Shown here piece after piece: positions 24,201-36,000 of a DNA stretch of 64,000 bases; the first letter of the stretch is position 1, and each line of letters opens with the position of its first letter. Below the pieces are notes generated by a model. It was given only the letters and a program-made list of their open reading frames with translations. It was not told where the DNA came from and ran no database searches. The position numbers and the translations under genes are program-made. This DNA is from Macrostomum lignano (lineage: Eukaryota), in the NCBI GenBank assembly GCA_002269645.1, contig NIVC01002165.1:156235-220234 (forward strand). The letters run 5' to 3'.

Positions 24201-27200
24201 AGATCCTCAGTTGCTGGGCCAGCCTCCCAGATCCTCAGTTGCTGGGCCAGCCTCCCAGATCCTCAGTTGCTGGGCCAGCCTCCCAGATCCTCAGTTGCTG
24301 GGCCAGCCTCCCAGATCCTCAGTTGCTGGGCCAGCCTCCCAGATCCTCAGCTGCTGGGCCAGCCTCCCAGATCCCCAGTTGCTGGGCCAGCCTCCCAGAT
24401 CCTCAGTTGCTGAGCCAGCCTCCCAGTTCCTCAGCTGCTGGGCCAGCCTTCCAGATCCTCAGTTGCTGGGCCATCGCCACCCTCCCAGTAGACACAGTCT
24501 GATGTTTAGGCTGTGGGTTATCATCAGGTCGTTGGGAAATTTTTTTGTGCTTTTATTTATGGCTTAGATTGCTCATGCTCATACCTATAAAGTTTGAATT
24601 GCATTTACAACTTTAAACTTGGCAGTTGAGTAGCTGCTGCAGCTGGGGGTGACAAGTTTGTTGAGCAAATATTGCTCATACACAGCACCCATGGAACATC
24701 TTTTAGGGAGAAAAAAAGTACGAAGCAATCCATTCAACTTTTCTTGTTCCATAGACACCTGTAGATGAAAAAAATGAAAAACAGAAAAAAATTTGCGATA
24801 GCTTCATGTTTTATTGCACCTTTTGAATTTTCATGTACTTTTAATTGGCAAAACAGGAAGACATTCCATAAAAACTGCCATTTCAGCTTACAGGTCATTA
24901 GCGAAATAAATTCAGCTACCTTTCTATCCCATACAGCCAAATAAATAACTAAAGACTTGTTTACATTGAAGCTAGTATCTCTGCGAGTCACACACTGTTC
25001 AAATTAAAGTACCACTAGTCTTGCACAAAGTCTAGATTGATTTGAGTATTCAATGATCTACAGAGTAACTAAACCTTTATTTCTGGCTCACATAATCGAT
25101 AGCATTTGATTGGCCAAATCGTTATACACGCAGCTAAGCTGAATGAAATCAACCAATCGATTGCTTAACTTTAGGCGGCCAGTTTTTAACTTAACAGATG
25201 TACATCCACCAGACATTTACAATGCTGCACTCGTCTGAAAATTTCATGCCCGCAAGCAGGCCAACTATAAGGTTCAATGAAAATGTACAATCATGCACTA
25301 CAAACTCAGTAAACATCTCACAGTGATAGGAAAATCCACTCTATCCTAGCATAAAACAACGCCAACAAACTTCAAATAAAGTTATATTCTATCATCAGTT
25401 TTATAGCACTTTTGATAGCTCTGCAATGCCTTCAACGGCTTTAACTCATTCGGAGAATCGATTGAAAGTATGCCTGATCTGCTTTAAAAAAGGAGCATCT
25501 CATGAACCTATTCGTGACGCAAATCTACAACGCATCAATCGAAATTTTATCGAAGATATTGACATCACTGATGAAAGTCTTCCAGCATCTTTGTGCGCTC
25601 GGTGTCGCAAACTTCTTCTTGATGTCGACAGTGGTAGAAAGCCAGTGGATGCTCTGCCCCAACCATATGACTTCTCAAAAGTGAAGCAGACAGCAGTCAC
25701 ACGACAGAATCCCCTGTGCCATTGTGATCTGTGTGAAGTCGCCCGGATGACTCCGATTGGTCAGGGGCTTGGCTCTGCCAAAGTTCCGGCTCACCCGATT
25801 GGCCGGCCGAAGAAATCCAACGACCAGCTGCCTGTAGCTTTGCCAGCTAAAATCTGCCGACGCTGCCTTTGCATCCTCCGGCGAGGAGTCAGTCACTGCT
25901 GTACCATCACTCAACGCAGGGAAAACCTGTGCACAGAGTACTCTGTGGACCAGCGAGGGGCTGAGATGCACGCAGCCAAAGTAATCAAAAGAAAAGCTGT
26001 CGATGCGCACGGTGCTGCTCCAATTCAACTGGCAACTCGTGGGCGTAATCTAACACTCAGTCTCCTAGCCCCATCACAAGCTAAAAACTCGGCTGCTTTT
26101 TACGATTCGCCGATCTCAGCATCTGAAATGAGCTGCTTTCAGCAGGCGCTGAGTCTAAGCAGACGGCAAACGAGGACTGCAGCGCAATTCTTCCGTAAGT
26201 GGAAAGGGCGGAAGTCAATTGAAGCAGGCCTGGAGTCGAAGTTGCAGCAGCTGGACAGCAGCCTCAGCGAGTATTTTTCGGTGACCGATGCAGAGTTTGA
26301 GATCAGCGGCGGTCAGAAGAAGCGCTGCTCCGTCGTATTCTGCAGGGACCCAGCAGGTCTCATTGATTACATGCTGCAACACCGGAGGGCGCCTTTTGGT
26401 TCTGAGTTCGTTGCAAAAGTTGGAATGGACAGTGGTGGTGATTTTCTGAAAATCTGTCTCAGCCTCATAGTTGACACATCAACTGATGCAAGTGACTTCG
26501 AGACTCAGGCTGCCGATGTCTGCTCAAGCCACTTTGCCGAAGGAGGTGTCAAGAGACTCATGCTACTAGGAATTGTTCAAGGAGTGAAAGAAACGTATGC
26601 CAACCTTAAGACCATGCTGGATCTTTTGAATATGAAAGGCGTCCGATATTACTGCTCGATGGACATGAAGATGGCCAACATCTTCCTTGGGCTTCAGGCA
26701 TGCAGCAGCTTGCATCCGTGTCCTTGGTGCGAGTGCAGGCGGAACCTTTTTGGTGATGCGCATCGTGACATCCAGCTACGGACGCTCGGTGCCATTCGAA
26801 GAAATGCAGCCCAGTATCAGCAGGCAGCTCGGCAGCATCGGGGCAGTTTGCAGCTTGGAGCTGCCAACTTCAAGAATTGTGTGCATGATCCACTAACAGA
26901 TCTGCCTGACGACACCGAGGTTCTAACGATCGTGCCTCCAATGGAACTGCACCTGATGCTGGGAATTACCAACCGGCTGCTGGAAGAACTGGACACGCGA
27001 CTCCAAGCGACAAATGACTGTTCGGTGCGCATTGATGACTGGCTTGCTCGACTGGGAGTTCAGCGACAGCCTCAGCATGGCAGGCAGATAAACGGCAATG
27101 ACTGCGCAAAGGTGCTGGAGTCAGTAGATCAGTTGGAGCAGATGGTCCGAGACTGCGATGCTTGCCTGGGAATGCCCGTTGTGTTTGCTCTGCGGTGCTT

Positions 27201-30009
27201 TCGAGAGGTAAAGAGAACCTGCTTCAGCCTTGAACTGCGCGATGGCTTCGAGACCGCCGTGGCTCACTTTGCTCAGGCTTACGCGGATCTCGGTATTAGC
27301 ACCACGCCGAAGGTGCACGCGCTGATTGACCACGTGGTGCCTTTCCTCTCAAGCGCTGACAACAATGAAGCCCGACATGGACTAGGCTTTTGGTCTGAGC
27401 AAGCTGGCGAAGCTGTGCATCGCGATTTCAACAGCCTGTGGTGCCGCAGCTACAAAGTTAGTCCTACAAATCCTCAGTATGCACAACAGCTGCTGAAGTG
27501 CACTGTTGCGTACTGCTCGCGGCATTTGTGACCTGCTTTAATAGTAAGAACATTTTCTTTTTCTAAGTCTTTTTTTGTTTGCAATAGCAGATAGAAAAAA
27601 TGTGTCTTTAAGCTATCTATAATATTTGTTTATGGTAAAAACTTATTTAAAAAACACTATTTAAAGTAGCCTAATGCACTGCATATAAGTTTTTTTATCG
27701 GCCTGATAGTTTAAGTTAAGCAGGTAGCTGAATTTAATACGCTGATGACCTGCAAGCTGAAATGGCAGTTTTTATGGAATGTCTTCCTGTTTTGCCAATT
27801 AAAAGTACATGAAAATTCAAAAGGTGCAATAAAACATGAAGCTATCGCAAATTTTTTTCTGTTTTTCATTTTTTTCATCTACAGGTGTCTATGGAACAAG
27901 AAAAGTTGAATGGATTGCTTCGTACTTTTTTTCTCCCTAAAAGATGTTCCATGGGTGCTGTGCATATGCTTTTTCGCTCTGACTAATTATAATTTCTGAA
28001 GAAGCGCAGGAATGTTACGGATGACTGGCTAAAATATTTTGTAAGATGTTATTCGCATAAATTTTCATTTTGCGTGAGCTGCTTGCAGAAGCCTCCTCTT
28101 TTGTCTTTTAGCGCACTCAGTTGCGAGAATGTTGCTTGAGCTCTGCGGGCAAAGCAATCTTTTGAAAACCTATTTCAAAGAAAAAATTGGTTTTAGCTTC
28201 ACTCGTAGCTCTGCCTCATCTGCCTCTGAGGCTCTTTTGATGTCTCTGAAGCGGCGGCGAATTCGAGCGTACCTGAGGAGCAAAGCGGTGCAATTTATGT
28301 GCGGGTTGCTGCAGCTGCTTTCTGAAAGAAATGGCTCTGTACTGGCTGCGGATGTTCACTACGGCTTCCTGATTAATCTTTGCTGCCTTCTCAGCTTCTC
28401 CGGCACTTCACACTCCGGGCTGGGCCTGCTCTCGAGTTGTCTGTGTTAATCTCTTTTACTCACTCTTTTACACTCTTCCCTTTCCCATCTCTTTCCCTTC
28501 TTTCCCCTTCTGTTCCCATATATCTTTCCCATCTCCCTCTCACTCTCCATCTCCCCTGCCTTACCCTCAATCTCCTTTCCTTATCCCCCCTCTCTTCCCT
28601 CTTTTCCCTCTATTACCCTCACAACCCCTCTCTTACCCTCTCTTTTCCCTCTCTTACCCTCTCTTTTCCCTCTCTTACCATCTCTTTTCCCTCTCTTACC
28701 CTCTCTTTTCCCTCTCTTACCCTCTCTTTTCCCTCTCTTACCCTCTCTTTTCCCTCTCTTACCCTCTCTTTTCCCTCTCTTACCCTCTCTTTTCCCTCTC
28801 TTACCCTCTCTTTTCCCTCTCTTACCCTCTCTTTTCCCTCTATTACCCTCTCTTTTCCCTCTATTACCCTCTCTTTTCCCTCTCTTACCCTCTCTTTTCC
28901 CTCTCTTACCCTCTCTTTTCCCTCTCTTACCCTCTCTTTTCCCTCTCTTACCCTCTCTTTTCCCTCTCTTCCCTCTCTTTTCCCTCTCTTACCCTCTCTT
29001 TTCCCTCTCTTACCCTCTCTTTTCCCTCTATTACCCTCTCTTTTCCCTCTCTTACCCTCTCTTTTCCCTCTCTTACCATCTCTTTTCCCTCTCTTACCCT
29101 CTCTTACCCTCTCTCACCCTCTTCCTACCCTCTCTCTACCTTCTCTCGCCTTTCTTACCTTGTGTCTTTCATTTTAATTTGCTTATCAAGCTCTTGTCTT
29201 CCTTTTTTACTAATTTTACTTAACTAATTTGCCATATCTGTGGCTAATATTTGATTACACTTGACTGCATAAGCGTGTCTAAAGTCTGGGGAGGCAGTTT
29301 ATTTCGTTAAATAATATGCGAAATGCTTGGTAGCATGGTATATGATTTTAACTATATAACCTATCTATATTATGTAACTGTATTCGATCTATAGCCGAAT
29401 GCAGAACGTGTTTCTAAAACAAGTTTATTATCATATCAAATTTTGCCAAACTTCTAAACTTCTTAGTTTATTTTTTCGTCCTGAGAAAGTGCATACGGAA
29501 TGCATGTGCAGCTTTACAGTATTGAAAAATCTATTGAGATGCATTAAGCGGTAGTATTGCACTCGTAGTATTGAATTTACATTCAGCAAAATCCGCTCTG
29601 GGATTCACGTACATGACATGTGACGTCATTCGTGATCTACATGTACAAATCGAACACAGTGAATCAAACGATGGAGTACATTTACTCATCTGCCTAGCAT
29701 AGTGCCGGCTAGGTAAATTAACCTTTAGGAGTAAATTTGCTCCCTGGAGGATTTCGCGGGAGGTTAATTTGCAGAAATTTACTTCACCAGCTAATTTACG
29801 TTAATAAACGTCAATAGCGTGACGAAATTTACTGTTGCTTGAAAGTTTATTAACCTTTATGCTATTAGTTAATTAACCCCCAATATTAACCCTCGGTTGC
29901 AACGGGATATTGTTCTTCAACTAGAGGCAACGGAGTAAAAACGGGCTAATGAATAAAGGTCTTTTTGCTTCAGCTGTTTTATGTTTCGTTTTCCTTGCCT
30001 TTCCACCGG

Positions 30010-30092
<83 letters not shown>

Positions 30093-33000
30093 TTGTTTAC
30101 CTCTGTTTTGAAACTTTCTATTTTCTCCCGCAATATGTTCCGAATGAGCCTCTTGGCCGCGGCCCAAGCTCGGGGTCGAGATACTGCTCTGTTGCTGACA
30201 GGCGGTTTTTAACCCCCTTCAGCCCCCCCCCCAATTAGCTCGTGCTGAGCTTGTCGCTTCTGTTGACAGTCAGGCCAGACACAGGACAGCGCTAGACCTT
30301 GCCGGAACCTCTGCGAGTCCTCTGTGCCGCTTCTGCCTGCCTCACTGGGTTGTCCGTAATACTAGCGCGTGGTAAGGGAGACTGGATAGGTGTGGGAGAT
30401 GTTGGTTGAGATGGAGAGAAAGAGACTGAAAAGGTGTGGGAGATGCAGGTTGAGATGGAGATAAAGAGACTGGATGGGTGAGGGAGATGCAGGTTGAGAT
30501 GGAGATAAAGAGACTGGATAGGTGAGGGAGATGTTGGTTGAGATGGAGATAAAGAGACTGGATAGGTGAGGGAGATGCAGGTTGAGATGGAGAGAAAGCG
30601 ACTGGATAGGTGTGGGAGATGTTGGTTGAGATGGAGAGAAAGAGACTGGATAGGTGTGGGAGATGCAGGTTGAGATGGAGATAAAGAGACTGGATAGGTG
30701 TGGGAGATGCAGGTTGAGATGGAGAGAAAGCGACTGGATAGGTGTGGGAGATGTTGGTTGAGATGGAGAGAAAGAGACTGGATAGGTGTGGGAGATGTTG
30801 GTTGATATGGAGAGAAAGAGACTGGATAGGTGTGGGAGATGTTGGTTGATATGGAGAGAAAGAGACTGGATAGGTGTGGGAGATGCAGGTTGATATGGAG
30901 AGAAAGAGACTGGATAAGGTGTGGGAGATGTTGGTTGATATGGAGAGAAAGAGACTGGATAGGTGTGGGAGATGCAGGTTGAGATGGAGATAAAGAGACT
31001 GGATAGGTGAGGGAGATGTTGGTTGAGATGGAGATAAAGAGACTGGATAGGTGAGGGAGATGTTGGTTGAGATGGAGATAAAGAGACTGGATAGGTGAGG
31101 GAGATGTTGGTTGAGATGGAGATAAAGAGACTGGATAGGTGAGGGAGATGTTGGTTGAGATGGAGATAAAGAGGCTGGATAGGTGTAGGAGATGCAGGTT
31201 GAGATGGAGATAAAGAGACTGGATGGGTGAGGGAGATGTTGGTTGGGATGGAGAGAAAGAGACTGGATGGGTGAGGGAGATGTTGGTTGGGATGGAGAGA
31301 AAGAGACTGGATGGGTGAGGGAGATGCAGGTTGAGATGGAGATAAGAGACTGGATGGGTGTGGGAGATGCAGGTTGAGATGGAGATGAAGAGACTGGATA
31401 GGTGAGGGAGATGCAGGTTGAGATGGAGATAAAGAGAGACTGGATGGGTGAGGGAGATTCAGGTTGAGATGGAGATAAAGAGACTGAAAAGTGCTCGAGC
31501 ACCTGAGTATGGCAACTGAACTCCATCTGCCTAGCGCAGCAAACCTGGCTGCAATGCTAGCACTCGTAGGGCATTGTGAGATTGTGACAGCTTCGCCCAG
31601 GAAGAGAGACGACATCATATACAGCAGCACTTCCCTTTGTTGCCAACCTTTTTTGAATAGTATTGGCAGTGCTTGAGAGCAGCATGCTGCATGATTCTCT
31701 TGTCAGGAGATATTTCCTTTCGTGACCTGTCAGGTTATGAACTCTTTTTTAATCTTTGCTGGTTGTTGCCAAGCTGGAAGCAGCAAGCCTCTTCCATCTT
31801 TCGGCAAGATTCTCCATCTTTCGAAACTGTTTCTTTAAAAAGAACTTTTTTAAAAGTTTTTGAACTTAAATACAAGTAATGTGGCAATTGAGTTGACCTA
31901 GATCAGTTTCACCTAGTGCACCATTGTTCTCTGTCTCTCAGTTTTAAACTTTATTCACTACCGATTAGTTGAATTAATGGTCTTCTTCCAGTCCAGGTAT
32001 CCACCAGAAGTCCCTGAACAATGATCTGCTTCCAGTCCAGGTATCTACCAGTACAGGACGCTGGTCTGCTCCCAGTCTTGGTATCTACGAGTAACAGATG
32101 TCCCTGAGCGCTGGTCTGCTTCCAGTACAGGTATTCACTAGAGGTCCCTGGTCTATTGCTGTATGTCCCCTTTAGCGAAGAAATAATTGATTGCACCTGC
32201 CCTTAAGGGCAGATGTGCAACCGACAGCTCAGCCGCAGCTATTGCGCGGCGCATCTGAGGGCTGCGTACGGCTGTTCAGTCAAAAGACTGGGGGGGGGGG
32301 TCGCCACACACACCCTCGATTACCCCAGCTAATACTGGCACCCATTTTACAGCTGGGTGAACTGAAGCAATGCAGAGTTAAGTGTCTTGCTCAAGGACAC
32401 AAAATTGTACCGAGTGGATCGAGAATCGAACCCCTGACCTTTCAGTCTTGAGTCCGACGCTCTAACCACTAGGTTACAACCTTGTCTTAAAAATGTTAGA
32501 AAGCTATTAACGCTACATATCGGTGATCGATTCAATCCTGCTTTAGGAACCTGATAGCCCTCGGTTGTCTGTGAGCGCTGACGGGATAAGCAATTCTTAG
32601 AAATTCAAATCTCGCCGATCCCTGAGCGCGTGCGCAGTACTCGTACTGTAGAATCGTCTTTACCAAATCCTTTTCCCAGTTTCGGCTACGCTTTTTCAAG
32701 CGTGCAATTAAGATCTGCTATTCTCGGCCGGGAGGGCGGACGGGATAGCTATGAGTGTTTAATTTGCATTTCATCATGCCAGCTCGATGCGAAATTAAAG
32801 GCTTCGACTTTGCCCGGGTCTCTGCCCGCTAATTTTGGCTGGCCGGCTTTTCTCTTTCTCTCAGTTTCTTCTGGCTTTTTGCTGGCCGGCTTCCCTGTCT
32901 GTCCGTTCGTGACTCTGGTTAATAAAAACGTCAAAGTTGGCTGGGATTTGCACTGCTCGGGTTCCGACTCAGCAGTCGGAGGCGCGCTATTTTTTTGACG

Positions 33001-36000
33001 ATAAGCTGAACTTATCTCGTCCCAAGGTCTCGTGAGTTCGCTTGCCGCAGGATTCCAGTTTGCGGAGTCACTCTTTAATCAACGCTTTCTGTTTTGAAAG
33101 ATTTTTTTTCAAAACTGAACTTATTAGTAATTTCATAGTGCGATGCATTTTTTAAACCTAACCTTTGGTTTAAAACAGGTTGATGGCTGCTTTCTGGCGG
33201 CGATATCAGTTTGAACTTTTTGGCTTTGCTTTTGCTACATATACGGTTGCTATGGGTAACCCCAGGTCGTATGGGGTAACCCAGGTCGTATGGGGTAACC
33301 CAGGTCATATGAGGTAACCCAGGTCATATGGGGTAACCCTAGGTCGTATGGGGTAACCCTAGGTCGTATGGGGTAACCCTAGGTCGTATGGGGTAACCCT
33401 AGGTCATATGGGGTAACCCAAGTCATATGGGGTAACCCAGGTCATATGTGGGTAACCCCAGGTCATATGGGGTAACCCAGGTCATATGGGGTAACCCAGG
33501 TCATATGAGGTAACCCAGGTCATATGGGGTAACCCAGGTCATATGTACTTTTCTTAGCATTGAGCATTAGCTACTCAGTCTCACCACTAAGGTCACCCCG
33601 CTCTTTGAACAGAGTGCTTTCAATCGGCCGAGTGGGCCATGACCCTGTGCGGTCTCGGCCCAGACTGGACGTCCTTGGCTCAGGCGTCCCGGGCCGCCGA
33701 CATCCCCGACGCTTGGTCAGCCACCGCGGCACCGACCGCCACAGCCGCTTCGGCCGCCGGCGCCACCGCAACCGCATCGGCGGCAGCGGACTGCGGCCAC
33801 CGCGACCTGGCCGGCCACACCGTCGAGTGCGCCGCCCGTCAGCTGGCCGACTCCGCCGATGCTGATGACGCCGTCGACGACGCAGCCCGGCTGCCGGCGC
33901 AGCTGTTGCTCGACTCCAACACCCACAACAGCGAGAGGGCCGGTGGCGGCAGCGGCGGGGGCTCAGGCGGCTCCGAGGACGCCAACGAGCTGGTACAGAA
34001 ACTGGAGAAGCTGCGCCAGTGCCTGGCGGTCACCTACGCTCCCGCCAGCGCCGCCCAGTTCACCTGCCACCAGGCCGCCGAGCAGCCCAGTCGCATCGCC
34101 GACCTCCTTCTCGGCTGGCGACGCTCCGCCGAAGCTGCCGCCGCTGCCGCCGCTGCAGCCGCCGAAGCGGCTTTGCCGACGTCGCATGCGACCGAGTTTT
34201 CACGCCGCCTGACAGCCGCCGCTGCCGTCACGACCCCGGCTGCTGACACTGACGGTGCCGCCGGAGCCTCGCCGCTAGCCGCCGCGGCGACTACCTACGA
34301 AGGCCTCGACAGCGCGCTTCACCCGCTCGGCGGGCCGCACTCGCTGCTGCTGGCCTTCGCCCACATCGTCGGGTGCTGCGACTCCGAGTCCGCCCAAGCC
34401 GACGCTCTCGACCTTCTGTTGACGTCGGTGCGCCGTTCGCCGTCGCTTGGCGCCGCTTTCAACCGGGCGGCCGGCTTCGCTATGCTGGCCCGCGCCCTGG
34501 CGCACCCCCGCTGCCAGCTGGGCCGGCGCGGCCTCGCCCTGCTGTTGAACGCCGCCGCCAGTGAGACCGTCGCCCTGCCCGACTGCGGTGGCGCCATCGT
34601 CAGCGGCCATTCGGCGGTGCTTCGCTGCCCGCCGCTGGTTCGCGACGTTCTGCTCTGCTGGGACCTGTGGGACCGGCTATCAGACGAGCTGCTCGACCTG
34701 CTGCTTGACGGCCTGCTGAGCTTCCTGGCGCCAGCCAATCCGCACCGCCTGCTGAATGCCAATCGGCTCCAACGCCTCGGCACCGTCCGGTCGCTGCTGT
34801 TTGCCTGCGCTGACCGCGTCCTGTCCGGCGGTCTTGGCGGCGGAAGCGGCGGAAGCGGTGGCCGACTGCCCTCTGGCCGGGCCGTGGATCGCCTGGCGGC
34901 CCTGCTGTCTGCCTGCATTGGCCGGCCGGCCAGCTTCCCCGACCTGGCCTGCCTGTGCAACTGCGTGCTGCTGCTGCACCCGCCGGCCAGCACCTACGTC
35001 TGCTTCGATGCTAATAAGTTCTACTTTAGCTTGAGGCCTTGTGAGTCCGCTTCCGAGTCTGCGCTCTTTGTTTTTGTGCTCTAGGCTGGAGTGCCTCTCC
35101 CTGTCTGTCGAGTGACCAGAGGAGTGACTCTCTTGACCAACGGAGTGACTCTCTTGACCAACGGAGTGACTCTCTCGACCAGAGGAGTGACTCTCTTGAC
35201 CAGAGGAGTGACTCTCTTGACCATGGGAGTGCCTCTCTTGACCAAAGGAGTGACTCTCTTGACCAACTGAGTGACTCTCTTGACCAACGGAGTGACTCTC
35301 TCGACCAGAGGAGTGACTCTCTTGACCAGAGGAGTGACTCTCTTGACCAACGGAGTGACTCTCTCGACCAGAGGAGTGACTCTCTTGACCAGAGGAGTGA
35401 CTCTCTTGACCAACGGAGTGACTCTCTTGACCAACTGAGTGACTCTCTTGACCAGAGGAGTGACTCTCTTGACCAGAGGAGTGACTCTCTTGACCAAAGG
35501 AGTGACTCTCTTGACCAACTGAGTGACTCTCTTGACCAACGGAGTGACTCTCTCGACCAGAGGAGTGACTCTCTTGACCAGAGGAGTGACTCTCTTGACC
35601 AACGGAGTGACTCTCTCGACCAGAGGAGTGACTCTCTTGACCAGAGGAGTGACTCTCTTGACCAGAGGAGTGACTCTCTTGACCAACGGAGTGACTTTCT
35701 TGACCGGAGAAGTGCCTCTCTTGACCAGGGGAGTGACTCTCTTGACCAAAGGAGTGACTCTCTTGACCAACGGAGTGACTTTCTTGACCGGAGAAGTGCC
35801 TCTCTTGACCAGGGGAGTGACTCTCTTGACCAGAGAAGTGACTCTCTTGACCAACGGAGTGACTCTCTTGACCAGAGAAGTGACTCTCTTGACCAGAGGA
35901 GTGACTCTTTATCTGTGGAGTGACTCTCTCCTTACTAAAAGAGTAAGCCTCTTGAGCGAACGCATAACAGTCTGCAGAGGGACTCCATGACTACAAAGTG

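Noticed and set aside
24681-27962. ProtoRAG/RAG1-RAG2 transposon or Transib
   Set aside because: Only one ORF, no RAG2-like gene, no RING domain, and the TSD is 4 bp (5-bp flanks TCATA/CATAT do not match)
28100-31880. Moderately GC-rich unique patches (28100-28440, 30240-30360, 31500-31880; also 44340-44660) as exons of another nested gene
   Set aside because: Stops in most frames, no recognisable domain, no consistent splice phases; LYST phase continuity does not need them
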